64,000 bases of DNA, taken from IMG/VR virus record IMGVR_UViG_3300042894_005670; one strand, 5' to 3'. The stretch is from a virus. Made by a program: the position numbers and the translations under genes. The notes under the pieces were generated by a model, which did no database searches, was not told the origin of the DNA, and saw nothing but the letters and a program-made list of their open reading frames with translations. Position 1 is the first letter of the stretch, and each line of letters begins with the position of its first letter. This document shows positions 49,110 through 58,993 of this stretch, one piece after another.

Positions 49110-51555
49110 TCTTTTTACCTTCTAGCATATTCTTTTGTGCTTCGTGACCTTCCATATACTCTGCTACATCTTTTATTAGTTCATCAGCACGTGTAATGTG
49201 GTCGGAGACCCATCCTGGCAAGCCTTGTCCTTCACTTCTACCTTTAATTATCTTAGCAAGTGACATTGAACTTTTTACGGTAGATAATAAACTGTTTACT
49301 GCCATTGATACTTCATGGTCAGGTTCCATATGCTTAGCTTTAACTACATCACCACGCATACGCATTTTACCAGGCATCACTATGAGGTCTTGTTCACTTA
49401 AATCAGCTTCCTTCAATGTGTTAGGTATAGCACCCGTATTGTTTAAGAAAAACTGATCTGTTACACCTGCTTTAATTTTTAAATCTCGCACTTGCTCTCT
49501 ATACTCGTTAATTTCTTCCGCAATAGCACGACCTAATATTTGACCAATTTGTTCAGGTGTTGCAGGTACATCAGGTCCTGTACCACCAAATTTTGTATTT
49601 ACTAACCTAGGGAAGTAATTTCTAACAACACTAGCTAAACGATTAACTGTTTCACTCGTTAAAGCTTTGTATTGTTGTATATAATTATCATATGAAATAT
49701 TGTTAGCTAATGCTTTACCACCTGCGGCTATCGCTGCACCTGCCGCTGCAGCTTTACCTAAACTTCCTAAAAATCCTCTACGTGCAGGATCAGCTTCATT
49801 GATACTTTCTTCATCAGAAAATTTTGCATCACGTAATGCATCTTCAAAAATTTCATCTAATCCATAAATTGCACTTTCTAATTCATGCTTGGCTTCATAA
49901 ACACGGCTATTATGATAATTAAAATCATCCATGTCTAATGCATAAGCTTTTACTAAATTTTCAATTTCTACCATAATTTCATTTACGGTATTATCGTATG
50001 AAATTCCTTTAGTAATTTTTCTAGCTTGCATTAAGGCACGTTCCAAATCATCTGCACGACCTTCGTTAATGCTTTCGTTCTTAGATTTATTACCCCAATT
50101 CTTTGCACCTGCTTTACGACATTTAACTAATGCACCACTAGCATATGCACTAGGCCAAATTTTGTAACGACTTTTTACCTTATGGTAGCATGCATCTTTT
50201 TTACCTTCAGTAAATAATGCTTCACTGACCATTTCACCATTACATTGTGGGCAAATACCCTCTTTGACATAATACTCAAGACTTTCATTCTTAGTCTTGT
50301 TGCTTACCATATCAGCCGCACCTTGACGTTGTGGGTTTGGATCTTCACGGCGTTTTTTACGTACTGCTGCTGCAATAGCTTTTTTACCACCACTAGCACG
50401 TAATGATGCTGCTTTTTCTTTACTTAGGCATTTTGGTTTACCTTCACCTGCTTTACGTTCTCCACACTTACCAATACGCTCACCTTTAGTATTGTAGCGA
50501 TCCCATCCACCGCCACCTGCACCACCTTCACCGCCTTTACCAAACCATGCACGTAAATCTTCGCTTAATTGTTCAGCAATTTCACTTTCACTGAATTCTT
50601 TGCCAACTAGTTTATCACCTGTAACACCTTGAATTAGTGCCCATGCACGTTGAAATTCTTTTTCTTTAATTAATTGATTTAGGATTTGTTTTTGACGTGG
50701 ATCTGCCATTTTAAAGAATTTAACCATTTCCATTGCACCGATATTACCTTCATAACCTAGTTCCATCAATGCTTCTTCATTAGTATGAGATTGGTATTCA
50801 TCATAATCCATATACATATCGGTATCACGATCATAATACTTACCTTCTTTAGGATCGTAATAAACAATCTTACCTGATTTTAAACGAAATGGTCCTTCTA
50901 ACCCTTGGTCTGACATATCTGTATAACGTTCTTTATCAATTGGAGTTGATATTTTCCAACCTTCCGCCACACCTTGCGTCTCTGGACCATCCATCCAACT
51001 CTGCGTTAGTTTAATCATATCTAACGGAATGCGTTTTTTATCGTGAATTTCCATTGCCTTCAATCTTGCGGATTCTTGTGATGGGAACGGAATGGCATCA
51101 AACTTCTTATCTCTAAGAACTTTACCTTTAACTCTTACATACCAGTTTTCAGAGCCTTCCGCCACACCTTCTTTCCTAATACCAAGTGTACTCGCAGGAT
51201 TACCTCCACCAAACATACTAGCAAATGCATCACTTGCTTGTTGTTTAGTATCTGCTTTTTGTTGTTTTTTTACTGATTTTTTACTCGTAACCTTTTTAAG
51301 CATTGTTTTAAACTTATCACCATCCGTTGTTGGATTAGTAGCTTCTGCCACCGTCTTTTTCTTTTTGCTACCTGCCCAATTACCCCACTCTGAAGCACTG
51401 CGCTCTACACTATTCATGTATTTTTTACCACTATCTGCAGTCTCATCCGTTTTTTCACGTTTTACTGTTTCTTTGAATAATGGTGTGGCAACAGTAGCAA
51501 CTGAACCTGCTGTCATTTCATTAATTTTATCTAAGGTTTTACGAATATCTGACAT
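49096..51555 (-). CDS. Modular 819-aa protein; putative processed internal-head polyprotein
   Basis: About 10 unrelated short modules separated by VAE/INE/LSE/LKE-type linkers; ATAAATA box upstream. Confidence 0.6.
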   Translation of the reverse strand: MSDIRKTLDKINEMTAGSVATVATPLFKETVKREKTDETADSGKKYMNSVERSASEWGNWAGSKKKKTVAEATNPTTDGDKFKTMLKKVTSKKSVKKQQKADTKQQASDAFASMFGGGNPASTLGIRKEGVAEGSENWYVRVKGKVLRDKKFDAIPFPSQESARLKAMEIHDKKRIPLDMIKLTQSWMDGPETQGVAEGWKISTPIDKERYTDMSDQGLEGPFRLKSGKIVYYDPKEGKYYDRDTDMYMDYDEYQSHTNEEALMELGYEGNIGAMEMVKFFKMADPRQKQILNQLIKEKEFQRAWALIQGVTGDKLVGKEFSESEIAEQLSEDLRAWFGKGGEGGAGGGGWDRYNTKGERIGKCGERKAGEGKPKCLSKEKAASLRASGGKKAIAAAVRKKRREDPNPQRQGAADMVSNKTKNESLEYYVKEGICPQCNGEMVSEALFTEGKKDACYHKVKSRYKIWPSAYASGALVKCRKAGAKNWGNKSKNESINEGRADDLERALMQARKITKGISYDNTVNEIMVEIENLVKAYALDMDDFNYHNSRVYEAKHELESAIYGLDEIFEDALRDAKFSDEESINEADPARRGFLGSLGKAAAAGAAIAAGGKALANNISYDNYIQQYKALTSETVNRLASVVRNYFPRLVNTKFGGTGPDVPATPEQIGQILGRAIAEEINEYREQVRDLKIKAGVTDQFFLNNTGAIPNTLKEADLSEQDLIVMPGKMRMRGDVVKAKHMEPDHEVSMAVNSLLSTVKSSMSLAKIIKGRSEGQGLPGWVSDHITRADELIKDVAEYMEGHEAQKNMLEGKKNVKR
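50960..51170. repeat. 16-bp direct repeat CCTTCCGCCACACCTT (50960-50975 and 51155-51170) bounding a 65-codon module
   Basis: Exact repeat; both copies encode GVAEG. Confidence 0.9.
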
Positions 51556-51599
51556 GATGGAATTCCATAATATCTAGTATTTATTCGCTATGAATTAAT

Positions 51600-53009
51600 T
51601 TAGAACTTACCTGATGGCTTTGCTATGGGTGGTATACCACTACGTTTAATCTTACCTAAACCTAATTTTATAGCATTTTGTCTAATACTATCAGGTTTAA
51701 TATCAACCGTTAATGCTGTTTTAAATCTTGGATCGTTTTTTTCTGCTTCACTAGGGATATATCCTGAAGCCTCATTAACATTAAATGTAGGATCAACTTT
51801 CTGACGTTTCATTCCTTTGGGTTGGTTAGGGTCAAGAGGATCAATATCCGTAGTAGATAAACCTGTTGCTTCTAAATCATCAATATATTTGTGTTCAGTA
51901 TCTTCATCACCAAATGTTAATATGGTGCTAGGTGGTCCTTTACCAAAATCATGCTTACCTAAACCCTTAAGATTACTAATATGTTGTCCTAACTTATACC
52001 AATCATACACATCACTTACATCTACTCTAACCGTACCTTTTGGCATAGTGGGTTTAAACTCAGGACCAGGTGGGTTTCCGTTAGGGTCATAATCATCACG
52101 TAATTTACTATAATGTTTTCTATTTTTAGCCAAGTTTTTGTATGCCATTTCAGTAGCTAAACTACGCACACTAGTATTTGCCATTTCAAACTTTATACCA
52201 CGCTTTAATTCACTTATGATATCATTTCTACTACAACCATGCATCTTTGCTAATTCACTAATAGTATATACAGGTTGTTCAACATTTTTACCAACCTTTT
52301 GCTCCATACTCATCTTTTCACTATGTATTTCATTATAAGTATCACGCAGACGATGCAATAAACCACTAGTACGGAACGCTTTAAATGCTATATTTTCAGG
52401 AGAAAATTCACCTTGTGCATCTAAACCTGCTTTTCGATATTTTCTAATTGTATCTAGTAAGTCTTCAATCTTGTCTATATCTCTAGCTTGTAGTGCTAAT
52501 TCAGCTACTTGTGCTAATTTTTCAAACTTTAATTGACTTGCTGGTTCGTTGATATCAGCAACACGTTTGGTAGGAAATTTTATCCAACGATCTTTTAGTA
52601 CACTGTACTCACCACGACTAACAACAGGATCAGCCGTATCTTGTACGTATAATTCTACTTCATAACCGCCTATAGTAATATCATGTTGCAAATTCCATAT
52701 GATTTTTTTACTATGAAATAACTCACTATAAATTTCATCATTTTTTAATTTCTTAATATCAACTAAAATATGTAAGTCAATATCACTATGTGGCGTATAG
52801 GTATATGAAGCATTGCTACCACTTAGTGTAATATCTTTAACATCTATATTACTTACACCAAGATGCTCCATAAAATCATCTGCAATTTCTAATAACCGAT
52901 CACGCACAGCAGGAATCATGTGTTCATCCCTAAAAATAGCAGGGTTTAACTGATCATGAAACTGTATAGCGTTTGATAATTTAAATTGTTCTAATTCTTT
53001 TAAATTCAT
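51600..53009 (-). CDS. Pol-beta-superfamily nucleotidyltransferase with appended C-terminal modules
   Basis: LSGSNA...SDIDLH and VELYVQD; start MNLKELE. Confidence 0.75.
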   Translation of the reverse strand: MNLKELEQFKLSNAIQFHDQLNPAIFRDEHMIPAVRDRLLEIADDFMEHLGVSNIDVKDITLSGSNASYTYTPHSDIDLHILVDIKKLKNDEIYSELFHSKKIIWNLQHDITIGGYEVELYVQDTADPVVSRGEYSVLKDRWIKFPTKRVADINEPASQLKFEKLAQVAELALQARDIDKIEDLLDTIRKYRKAGLDAQGEFSPENIAFKAFRTSGLLHRLRDTYNEIHSEKMSMEQKVGKNVEQPVYTISELAKMHGCSRNDIISELKRGIKFEMANTSVRSLATEMAYKNLAKNRKHYSKLRDDYDPNGNPPGPEFKPTMPKGTVRVDVSDVYDWYKLGQHISNLKGLGKHDFGKGPPSTILTFGDEDTEHKYIDDLEATGLSTTDIDPLDPNQPKGMKRQKVDPTFNVNEASGYIPSEAEKNDPRFKTALTVDIKPDSIRQNAIKLGLGKIKRSGIPPIAKPSGKF

Positions 53010-53022
53010 AGTTGTATTTAGC

Positions 53023-53056
53023 AAAAAAACCGTGATAGAATTTCTCCTATCACGGT
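53023..53056 (-). terminator. Rho-independent terminator
   Basis: ACCGTGATAG/CTATCACGGT stem followed by T7. Confidence 0.85.
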
Positions 53057-53077
53057 AAGAAGCACAACAAACTAAAT

Positions 53078-54067
53078 TTACTTCTTCTCAGAAGTTTCTT
53101 CGGGTTTTTCTAACGCTGCGTGTGTATCTAAAGCAGGGTTAACCGTAGTGGGTTTATAAGGAACAGTTTTAACTGTATCATCTATTACGGTAAGCTTACC
53201 ATTTTGTTCCATGACATTGACAAAGGCAGGTCCGATATTATTGTACAAGTACTCTTGATTTTCCATACAGAATACATAACTTCCACTGTGACGTAATAAT
53301 ACACGTTTATCAACCCAAATACGTCCACCTAAGTCACGCCAATTTTCACACATTGTCCAATCTTCACTATAGTAACGATTTTGACGCACTGCTGTATCAA
53401 AAAATGTCGCCAAGTGTTGATCATAAATTGGGTCTAAACCAATGTCATTCTTATAAGGTTTAACGGCAGGATGTGATTTCATTTTTTCAAATACATGACG
53501 TTTTGTTAGTAAGAAACCTGTACCTGCTTTTGATACTTCTTGTAGTCCATCAGGACCTTCTTCCGCACCTTCAAATCCATTGACAACCCATTTGATAGGC
53601 ATTGTTTTCATTGGGTACAACCCACCAATAACGTCTTTATCACGATTAAGTAATACCAACAAATGCCATGGTTCCCAACCAATATCAGCATCTACAAAGA
53701 ATAAATGTGTTGAATCTTTTTGATGAAGAAATTTTGCAGTTAATGTATTACGTGCACGACTAATCAATGATTCATTAACCATGGTTTCTAATGTCCAATC
53801 AATCCCTAACTGACGTGCAGTGTTAGCGAATTTGATAAAAGACATAAATGTTGATTCAGTTAACATGCCACCATAACATGGCATTGCAATATGTGCTTTT
53901 GTTGTTCTTAAATAATCAACATTTACTTGTACTTGCCCTTGTTGCGGGGCGGCAGCTTTTTTTGCTTCTTCTTCGGAAACAGTACCCCCAATGCTTGCTG
54001 ATTGGCTTGCTTTATCAGCTAATTCTTGGACTGCATCTACGGGAATTTTGGCTTGTTCTGTTGTCAT
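53078..54067 (-). CDS. Glycosyltransferase-like (GT-A) protein, paralog of 45544-46245
   Basis: MPCYGG, SLISRARN, FVDAD, GTGFLL and YSEDW.MC. Confidence 0.8.
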   Translation of the reverse strand: MTTEQAKIPVDAVQELADKASQSASIGGTVSEEEAKKAAAPQQGQVQVNVDYLRTTKAHIAMPCYGGMLTESTFMSFIKFANTARQLGIDWTLETMVNESLISRARNTLTAKFLHQKDSTHLFFVDADIGWEPWHLLVLLNRDKDVIGGLYPMKTMPIKWVVNGFEGAEEGPDGLQEVSKAGTGFLLTKRHVFEKMKSHPAVKPYKNDIGLDPIYDQHLATFFDTAVRQNRYYSEDWTMCENWRDLGGRIWVDKRVLLRHSGSYVFCMENQEYLYNNIGPAFVNVMEQNGKLTVIDDTVKTVPYKPTTVNPALDTHAALEKPEETSEKK

Positions 54068-54119
54068 ACGTATCCTCTAAAATAGATAACGATATTTACA
54101 CAAAACAACAACGATGAAA

Positions 54120-54299
54120 TTATTTTTCTTCTAGATAGTCTGCGTTAATGTTTTTGACTGATTCAACTATTTTTTCTTTTTTGTATTGAATCAAACCTTC
54201 ACGTACTAAACGCAAAAAACGTACTTTCTGCTCAGGTGTGGCAGTTTTTAAGTAAGGTTTTGTCTCAGCGATTAGTCTAAATAAAGCTTCTTTTTTCAT
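54120..54299 (-). CDS. Small hypothetical protein (59 aa)
   Basis: Not in track: MKKEALFRLIAETKPYL...NADYLEEK. Confidence 0.55.
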   Translation of the reverse strand: MKKEALFRLIAETKPYLKTATPEQKVRFLRLVREGLIQYKKEKIVESVKNINADYLEEK

Positions 54300-54300
54300 A

Positions 54301-54639
54301 TTAGTAAGTAATAGAAATATTTATGATTCCACTTGTAAAACTAGTTGCTTTACCACGCATCCATATCCAATTACCTGTAATACTTTGTGGGGCAACATTT
54401 GAAAAATCAATAGTCAATAAATCTACCCAATCTTTTTCTGCGCTTGGAGCAGGTACTAGTGAGCCTTGAATATTAACGTTTCCCGTAACCGCCCCTGTAT
54501 TACTATAGTTTACTGTGGTAACATGTGTAGGACGTATTAAATACGAAACACCTTGTACTTTATTGCCTGTCCAAGTTCCTGCAATATTAGCACCATTTAC
54601 TGCATTGGCTAAAACTTCTGTAGTAGAAACCAATGCCAT
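54301..54639 (-). CDS. Small beta-rich putative structural protein
   Basis: IQGSL...P...DW and GNWIWMR motifs. Confidence 0.6.
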   Translation of the reverse strand: MALVSTTEVLANAVNGANIAGTWTGNKVQGVSYLIRPTHVTTVNYSNTGAVTGNVNIQGSLVPAPSAEKDWVDLLTIDFSNVAPQSITGNWIWMRGKATSFTSGIINISITY

Positions 54640-54806
54640 TATGCACGTTCCACTTCGACAATAACAGCATCGCCAACTAGTTCTTGAACTACTTGCTCTA
54701 AAGTTTGTTCAATTTCTACGTTAGCAATGCTAGGATGATCTGATTCAGAATCTTTAGTTAACTTACTTAACTTTATAACAATGACTTCTTCGTAAACTTT
54801 TGCCAT
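54639..54806 (-). CDS. Small conserved protein (55 aa)
   Basis: Not in track: MAKVYEEVIVIKLSKLTKD...LEQVVQELVGDAVIVEVERA; AGGAGG SD and ATAAATA box. Confidence 0.7.
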   Translation of the reverse strand: MAKVYEEVIVIKLSKLTKDSESDHPSIANVEIEQTLEQVVQELVGDAVIVEVERA

Positions 54807-54826
54807 AAAAGCCTCCTGTTATATAT

Positions 54827-55510
54827 TTATGCTACTTCAGGAGGTTTTTGTATTGAGTATTCCTTTTTAATACATTCATGAAAAGTCATATAAAACAATG
54901 ATTGCATATGCTCATCGTCATAATCAAAAAATAAATCTCCACCAATCCATCGACCATTTTTATTATTTGCATCCCAATGCATATAAAAATTAAAATTAGG
55001 AGATGGGAAAAAATGTTTTTTATACTTTGTAAAAAAATCACGTAATTCAATTAATTCGGTATGAGAATACACCCTTGACTTTAAATAGATACGAAAATTA
55101 TGCTTTGGGTTTTTATGATATATAATTTCTTTAGGTCTTGAAAAATTTACAAGTACTTCTTCAACAGTGTTAGGTTGACCTAAAATTTTAGCTAAATCTT
55201 CTATAATATCATAGCGTGTTGAATATACAGTAATACTATTAACATGTTTTAATGTTTTAATATAATCATCATTTGCTGATTTCCATATAAGAAATTTCTT
55301 AATTTCAATTAAGTTTTTAACATAAGCTTCACGAAGATTAGAACGAAGTAATTCGCTTTGTATTATTTCTAAATCATAATTTCTATGGATACCAATTTGC
55401 TTAAGGTCAAAACAAACTTTATATTTGTACTTGTCATACCATAACCAATGTTGATTTACATTAGGTTGCAGTGTTGTATAGCTAAATCCTGATAATACCA
55501 TCTGTTCCAA
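54827..55510 (-). CDS. Hypothetical protein
   Basis: 227-aa ORF. Confidence 0.55.
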   Translation of the reverse strand: MEQMVLSGFSYTTLQPNVNQHWLWYDKYKYKVCFDLKQIGIHRNYDLEIIQSELLRSNLREAYVKNLIEIKKFLIWKSANDDYIKTLKHVNSITVYSTRYDIIEDLAKILGQPNTVEEVLVNFSRPKEIIYHKNPKHNFRIYLKSRVYSHTELIELRDFFTKYKKHFFPSPNFNFYMHWDANNKNGRWIGGDLFFDYDDEHMQSLFYMTFHECIKKEYSIQKPPEVA

Positions 55511-57758
55511 TTACCTCATCCTTATCAATTGTTTTTTCTGCTGTAAAATTAATTTCATCTCCGTTTAGTATAACGTGAACATTAGAATCTTTTAATTTTT
55601 CAAATAAAATCTTTTTACTTAACGGTACTCTGATAAGTTCATCAATCTTACGAGCAAGTGGACGTGCACCCATTTTATCGTCATAACCAACTTTAGCTAA
55701 GTGCTCAACTGCTTGCTCACTAATCGTTAAATTAATCTTGTGCTGTTTAAGTAATTGTGCTTTTAACTCATTAACAAATTTAATAACAATTTTCTTAATG
55801 GCTAACATGTCTAACTTACTAAACTTACATACTAAATCAATACGATTACGCAGTTCAGGTTTGAAAAACTCTTTAAATGCTCGGTCATCTTCACCTACTT
55901 TTTGTGTTGACCCAAAACCAATGTTTGATTTTTCACTATCTCTAGCACCTAAATTACTAGTCATAATAATGATTGTGTTTTTAGCATCTACCGTTTTACC
56001 ATTAGTGCTAGATATTCTACCCTCATCCAATAATTGTAAGAATAAGTTATACACATCAGGGTGTGCTTTTTCAACCTCATCAAACAATAATATAGCGTAT
56101 GGGTTTTTACTTAGATCATTGATAATTTTTCCACCACCAAGATTACCTTCACCATAGCCGACATAGCCTGGGGGCGCACCAATCAAAGCAGCTACGCTAT
56201 GTTTTTCTTGATATTCACTCATATCATAACGTAGCAATGGCATGCTTAAATGTTCGCTTAATAATCGAGCAGTTTCAGTCTTACCGCTGCCTGTTGGTCC
56301 TAAGAATAAGAAACTTGCCATAGGTTTCTTTTCATTAGAAATACCCGCAAAGCTAACATATATTCTATCTAAAATTTTCTCTAATGTAGCATCTTGCCCA
56401 TAGAGTTTTTGTTTAATATTTTGATCTAAGTTAGTCATTTTTTCTGATGAATCATTAGTAAGTTTGTCCGCAGAAACGTTACACATTCTAGTGACTTGTT
56501 CTTTAATACTATTTTCATCAATAATTGCACCAACATTGTTTGCAGCACGTTGTTTAGCACATGCTGCATCGAGTAAATCAATGGACTTATCAGGATTTTT
56601 TCTATCATGAATATATCTTGCGCTCATAGTGACTGCCTCAGTAATAGCATTAGGCATAATTTTTACACCATGAAATGACTCAAGACGTTCACTTAATCCT
56701 GTCAAAATGTCAATAGTAGTTGCATTTGTTGGCTCATCAATAGAAACACGGTAAAATCGACGCATTAAAGCACGATCTTTTTCAAATGATTCGTAGTATT
56801 CTTCCCACGTGGTACTAGCAATTACCTTCAAGTTACCTTTTGTAATTGCAGGTTTAATCATATTGGCAAAGTCTACACTGCCACCACTACCATTTCCACT
56901 ACCACGCATAGTGTGTGCTTCATCTATGAATAAGATAGCTTTAGGTTTGGTTGCTAATGCTTCTAAAACGTGTTTAACTTTTTCCTCAAAATCACCACGA
57001 TACTTACTACCTGCAAGTAGTGATCCAATTTCTAATGAATATACTTCATGGTCAAACAAAAATGGTGGTACATTTTTGTCAAGAATTTTTTGTGCTAAAC
57101 CTTCAGCAAGGACGGTTTTTCCAACGCCTGGGTCGCCAACAAGTAATACATTAGATTTGAAACGTTTAGCTAATACATTGACAATATCATTAACTTCACT
57201 TTCACGCCCAATCAATGGCTCAATTTTATTACGTTTGGCTAACTCAGTTAAACTAATCGTAAACTCATCTAATACTTCATTAGCTTGTTGCTCAGTCATT
57301 TTTCCACTCTTACTACTTTTGTGTGCTTTATTCCAATAAGCAATAAATTCATTCCGTGTTACGCCCCATTTCAATAAGAAATAATGTGCATGGCTGTTAG
57401 TTTCCTGTAAAATTGAAATATATATGTCTATTAGTTCAATTTGTCTGCGTCCTGTGAATAATACTTGTGTTACTGCACGATTAAAAACACGCTCAAGTGA
57501 ATGAGTTTTCTTTGGTGCTACAGGAGTACCATCTTCATTTGGAGACACTTTTAAATTATTGACTGAATCTAAATATTCATCAACTTCTTGAATAAGTTGT
57601 ACTGTATCGACACCAAATTCATCTAGATGTTCCCTAAATGATTCAAAGGTAATCAAACTTAACAAAGCATGTTCTAATGTTACATAACCATGATATCTGC
57701 TTTTTGCAATCTCAATGGCATGCTCAATTAATTTTTCAATTTCAGGGTTGTTTATCAT
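55482..57758 (-). CDS. clpA: Clp/Hsp100 ATPase (ClpA-like)
   Basis: Clp-N domain, two Walker A motifs (GDPGVGKT, GPTGSGKT), KYRGDFE, GAPPGYVG and IGF loop. Confidence 0.92.
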   Translation of the reverse strand: MINNPEIEKLIEHAIEIAKSRYHGYVTLEHALLSLITFESFREHLDEFGVDTVQLIQEVDEYLDSVNNLKVSPNEDGTPVAPKKTHSLERVFNRAVTQVLFTGRRQIELIDIYISILQETNSHAHYFLLKWGVTRNEFIAYWNKAHKSSKSGKMTEQQANEVLDEFTISLTELAKRNKIEPLIGRESEVNDIVNVLAKRFKSNVLLVGDPGVGKTVLAEGLAQKILDKNVPPFLFDHEVYSLEIGSLLAGSKYRGDFEEKVKHVLEALATKPKAILFIDEAHTMRGSGNGSGGSVDFANMIKPAITKGNLKVIASTTWEEYYESFEKDRALMRRFYRVSIDEPTNATTIDILTGLSERLESFHGVKIMPNAITEAVTMSARYIHDRKNPDKSIDLLDAACAKQRAANNVGAIIDENSIKEQVTRMCNVSADKLTNDSSEKMTNLDQNIKQKLYGQDATLEKILDRIYVSFAGISNEKKPMASFLFLGPTGSGKTETARLLSEHLSMPLLRYDMSEYQEKHSVAALIGAPPGYVGYGEGNLGGGKIINDLSKNPYAILLFDEVEKAHPDVYNLFLQLLDEGRISSTNGKTVDAKNTIIIMTSNLGARDSEKSNIGFGSTQKVGEDDRAFKEFFKPELRNRIDLVCKFSKLDMLAIKKIVIKFVNELKAQLLKQHKINLTISEQAVEHLAKVGYDDKMGARPLARKIDELIRVPLSKKILFEKLKDSNVHVILNGDEINFTAEKTIDKDEVIGTDGIIRI

Positions 57759-58188
57759 ATTGTTTTTCCAATTTTCTATCCATCATAGTAATACCATCTA
57801 AATGATCCACTTCATGTTGTATAACACGTGCTTCTAACCCACTAAATGTTTCAACAAACATGTTACCATTTGCGTCATTGTAAGATAGCACAATAGTTTC
57901 AGGTCTGTCAAGTTCCACTGATTCATTAGGATAGCTTAAACATCCTTCAAGATAAGGTGTACTACCTTGTGCATCTTGAATCATAGGATTAAAAAAAGCT
58001 TTTTCATTATTATCTACTGCCATAACAAAAACCCTACTGCGTAATCCAACTTGATTAGCAGCAAGTCCAATACCACCACTTTCATGCATAAATTTTAACA
58101 ACTGCTTAGCTAATAATTCGTTTTGTATGGGGTATTTGAAATCAACAGGTTTAGTTTTTTGATATAATGTTCTTTTAGTTAGCTTCAT
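57742..58188 (-). CDS. def: Peptide deformylase
   Basis: [15 protein letters not shown] and QHEVDHLDG. Confidence 0.95.
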   Translation of the reverse strand: MKLTKRTLYQKTKPVDFKYPIQNELLAKQLLKFMHESGGIGLAANQVGLRSRVFVMAVDNNEKAFFNPMIQDAQGSTPYLEGCLSYPNESVELDRPETIVLSYNDANGNMFVETFSGLEARVIQHEVDHLDGITMMDRKLEKQYDKQP

Positions 58189-58979
58189 TTCGTATTTAAT
58201 ACACGTTCTTGCTCTAAAACTCTGATTAAATTGTCACTTATTTCTTCAGGCATAATGGGTCTAAGTATAACATACTGATCACCCAATCCAAAATTATTGG
58301 ATAAACCATGACCACCTAACCTTAATGTTGCATTAGGTTTAGCTCTTGGTTGTATGCTGATTTCTAGTTCTTTACCATATATCGTTGGTACGATAATTAA
58401 CGAACCTATGACTAAGTCAAAAATACTTATATCATAATTAAAATATAAATCTAACCCACGCCTTTCAAACAAAGGATGCCTATGTTGTCTATAAGTAACT
58501 TGAAGTGGTCCATCAGGCATTAACCCTTCATACTTAACAACACCACCATCGTCAATACCTTTTGGTATTTTCACTTCAAATAATTTCATACCTTGTGGTG
58601 TATTAATTTGCAAATTATGTTTATCACCTGTGGCTATTTGTTCTAAAGTGACAAATACTGTAGCGGTATATACTCGCTGCTGCGGTGGTGCATGTGGATG
58701 CCTAAAGAATTGCCCAAAAATATCATGGATATTTTGTCCGAAATGAAACTCAAAACCACCTTGTTGTGGATTAAACCCATTAAATTGTGGTTGAGGATTG
58801 TCATAAACAGCACGTTTTTGTGGGTCACTTAACGTGTCGTATGCTGCTTGTATAGTTTGAAAACGTGCAGTATCACCACCTCTGTCAGGATGGTGTTGAC
58901 TTGCTAACTTACGATATGCTTTTTTAATTTCATCAGGAGTAGCATTTTTTGCTACTCCTAACGTCTGATAATGATTCAT
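58185..58979 (-). CDS. DnaJ-class co-chaperone (CbpA-like, no Zn finger)
   Basis: J domain with HPD, G/F linker and DnaJ C-terminal domain. Confidence 0.92.
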   Translation of the reverse strand: MNHYQTLGVAKNATPDEIKKAYRKLASQHHPDRGGDTARFQTIQAAYDTLSDPQKRAVYDNPQPQFNGFNPQQGGFEFHFGQNIHDIFGQFFRHPHAPPQQRVYTATVFVTLEQIATGDKHNLQINTPQGMKLFEVKIPKGIDDGGVVKYEGLMPDGPLQVTYRQHRHPLFERRGLDLYFNYDISIFDLVIGSLIIVPTIYGKELEISIQPRAKPNATLRLGGHGLSNNFGLGDQYVILRPIMPEEISDNLIRVLEQERVLNTK

Positions 58980-58993
58980 CAGATTATTTAATT

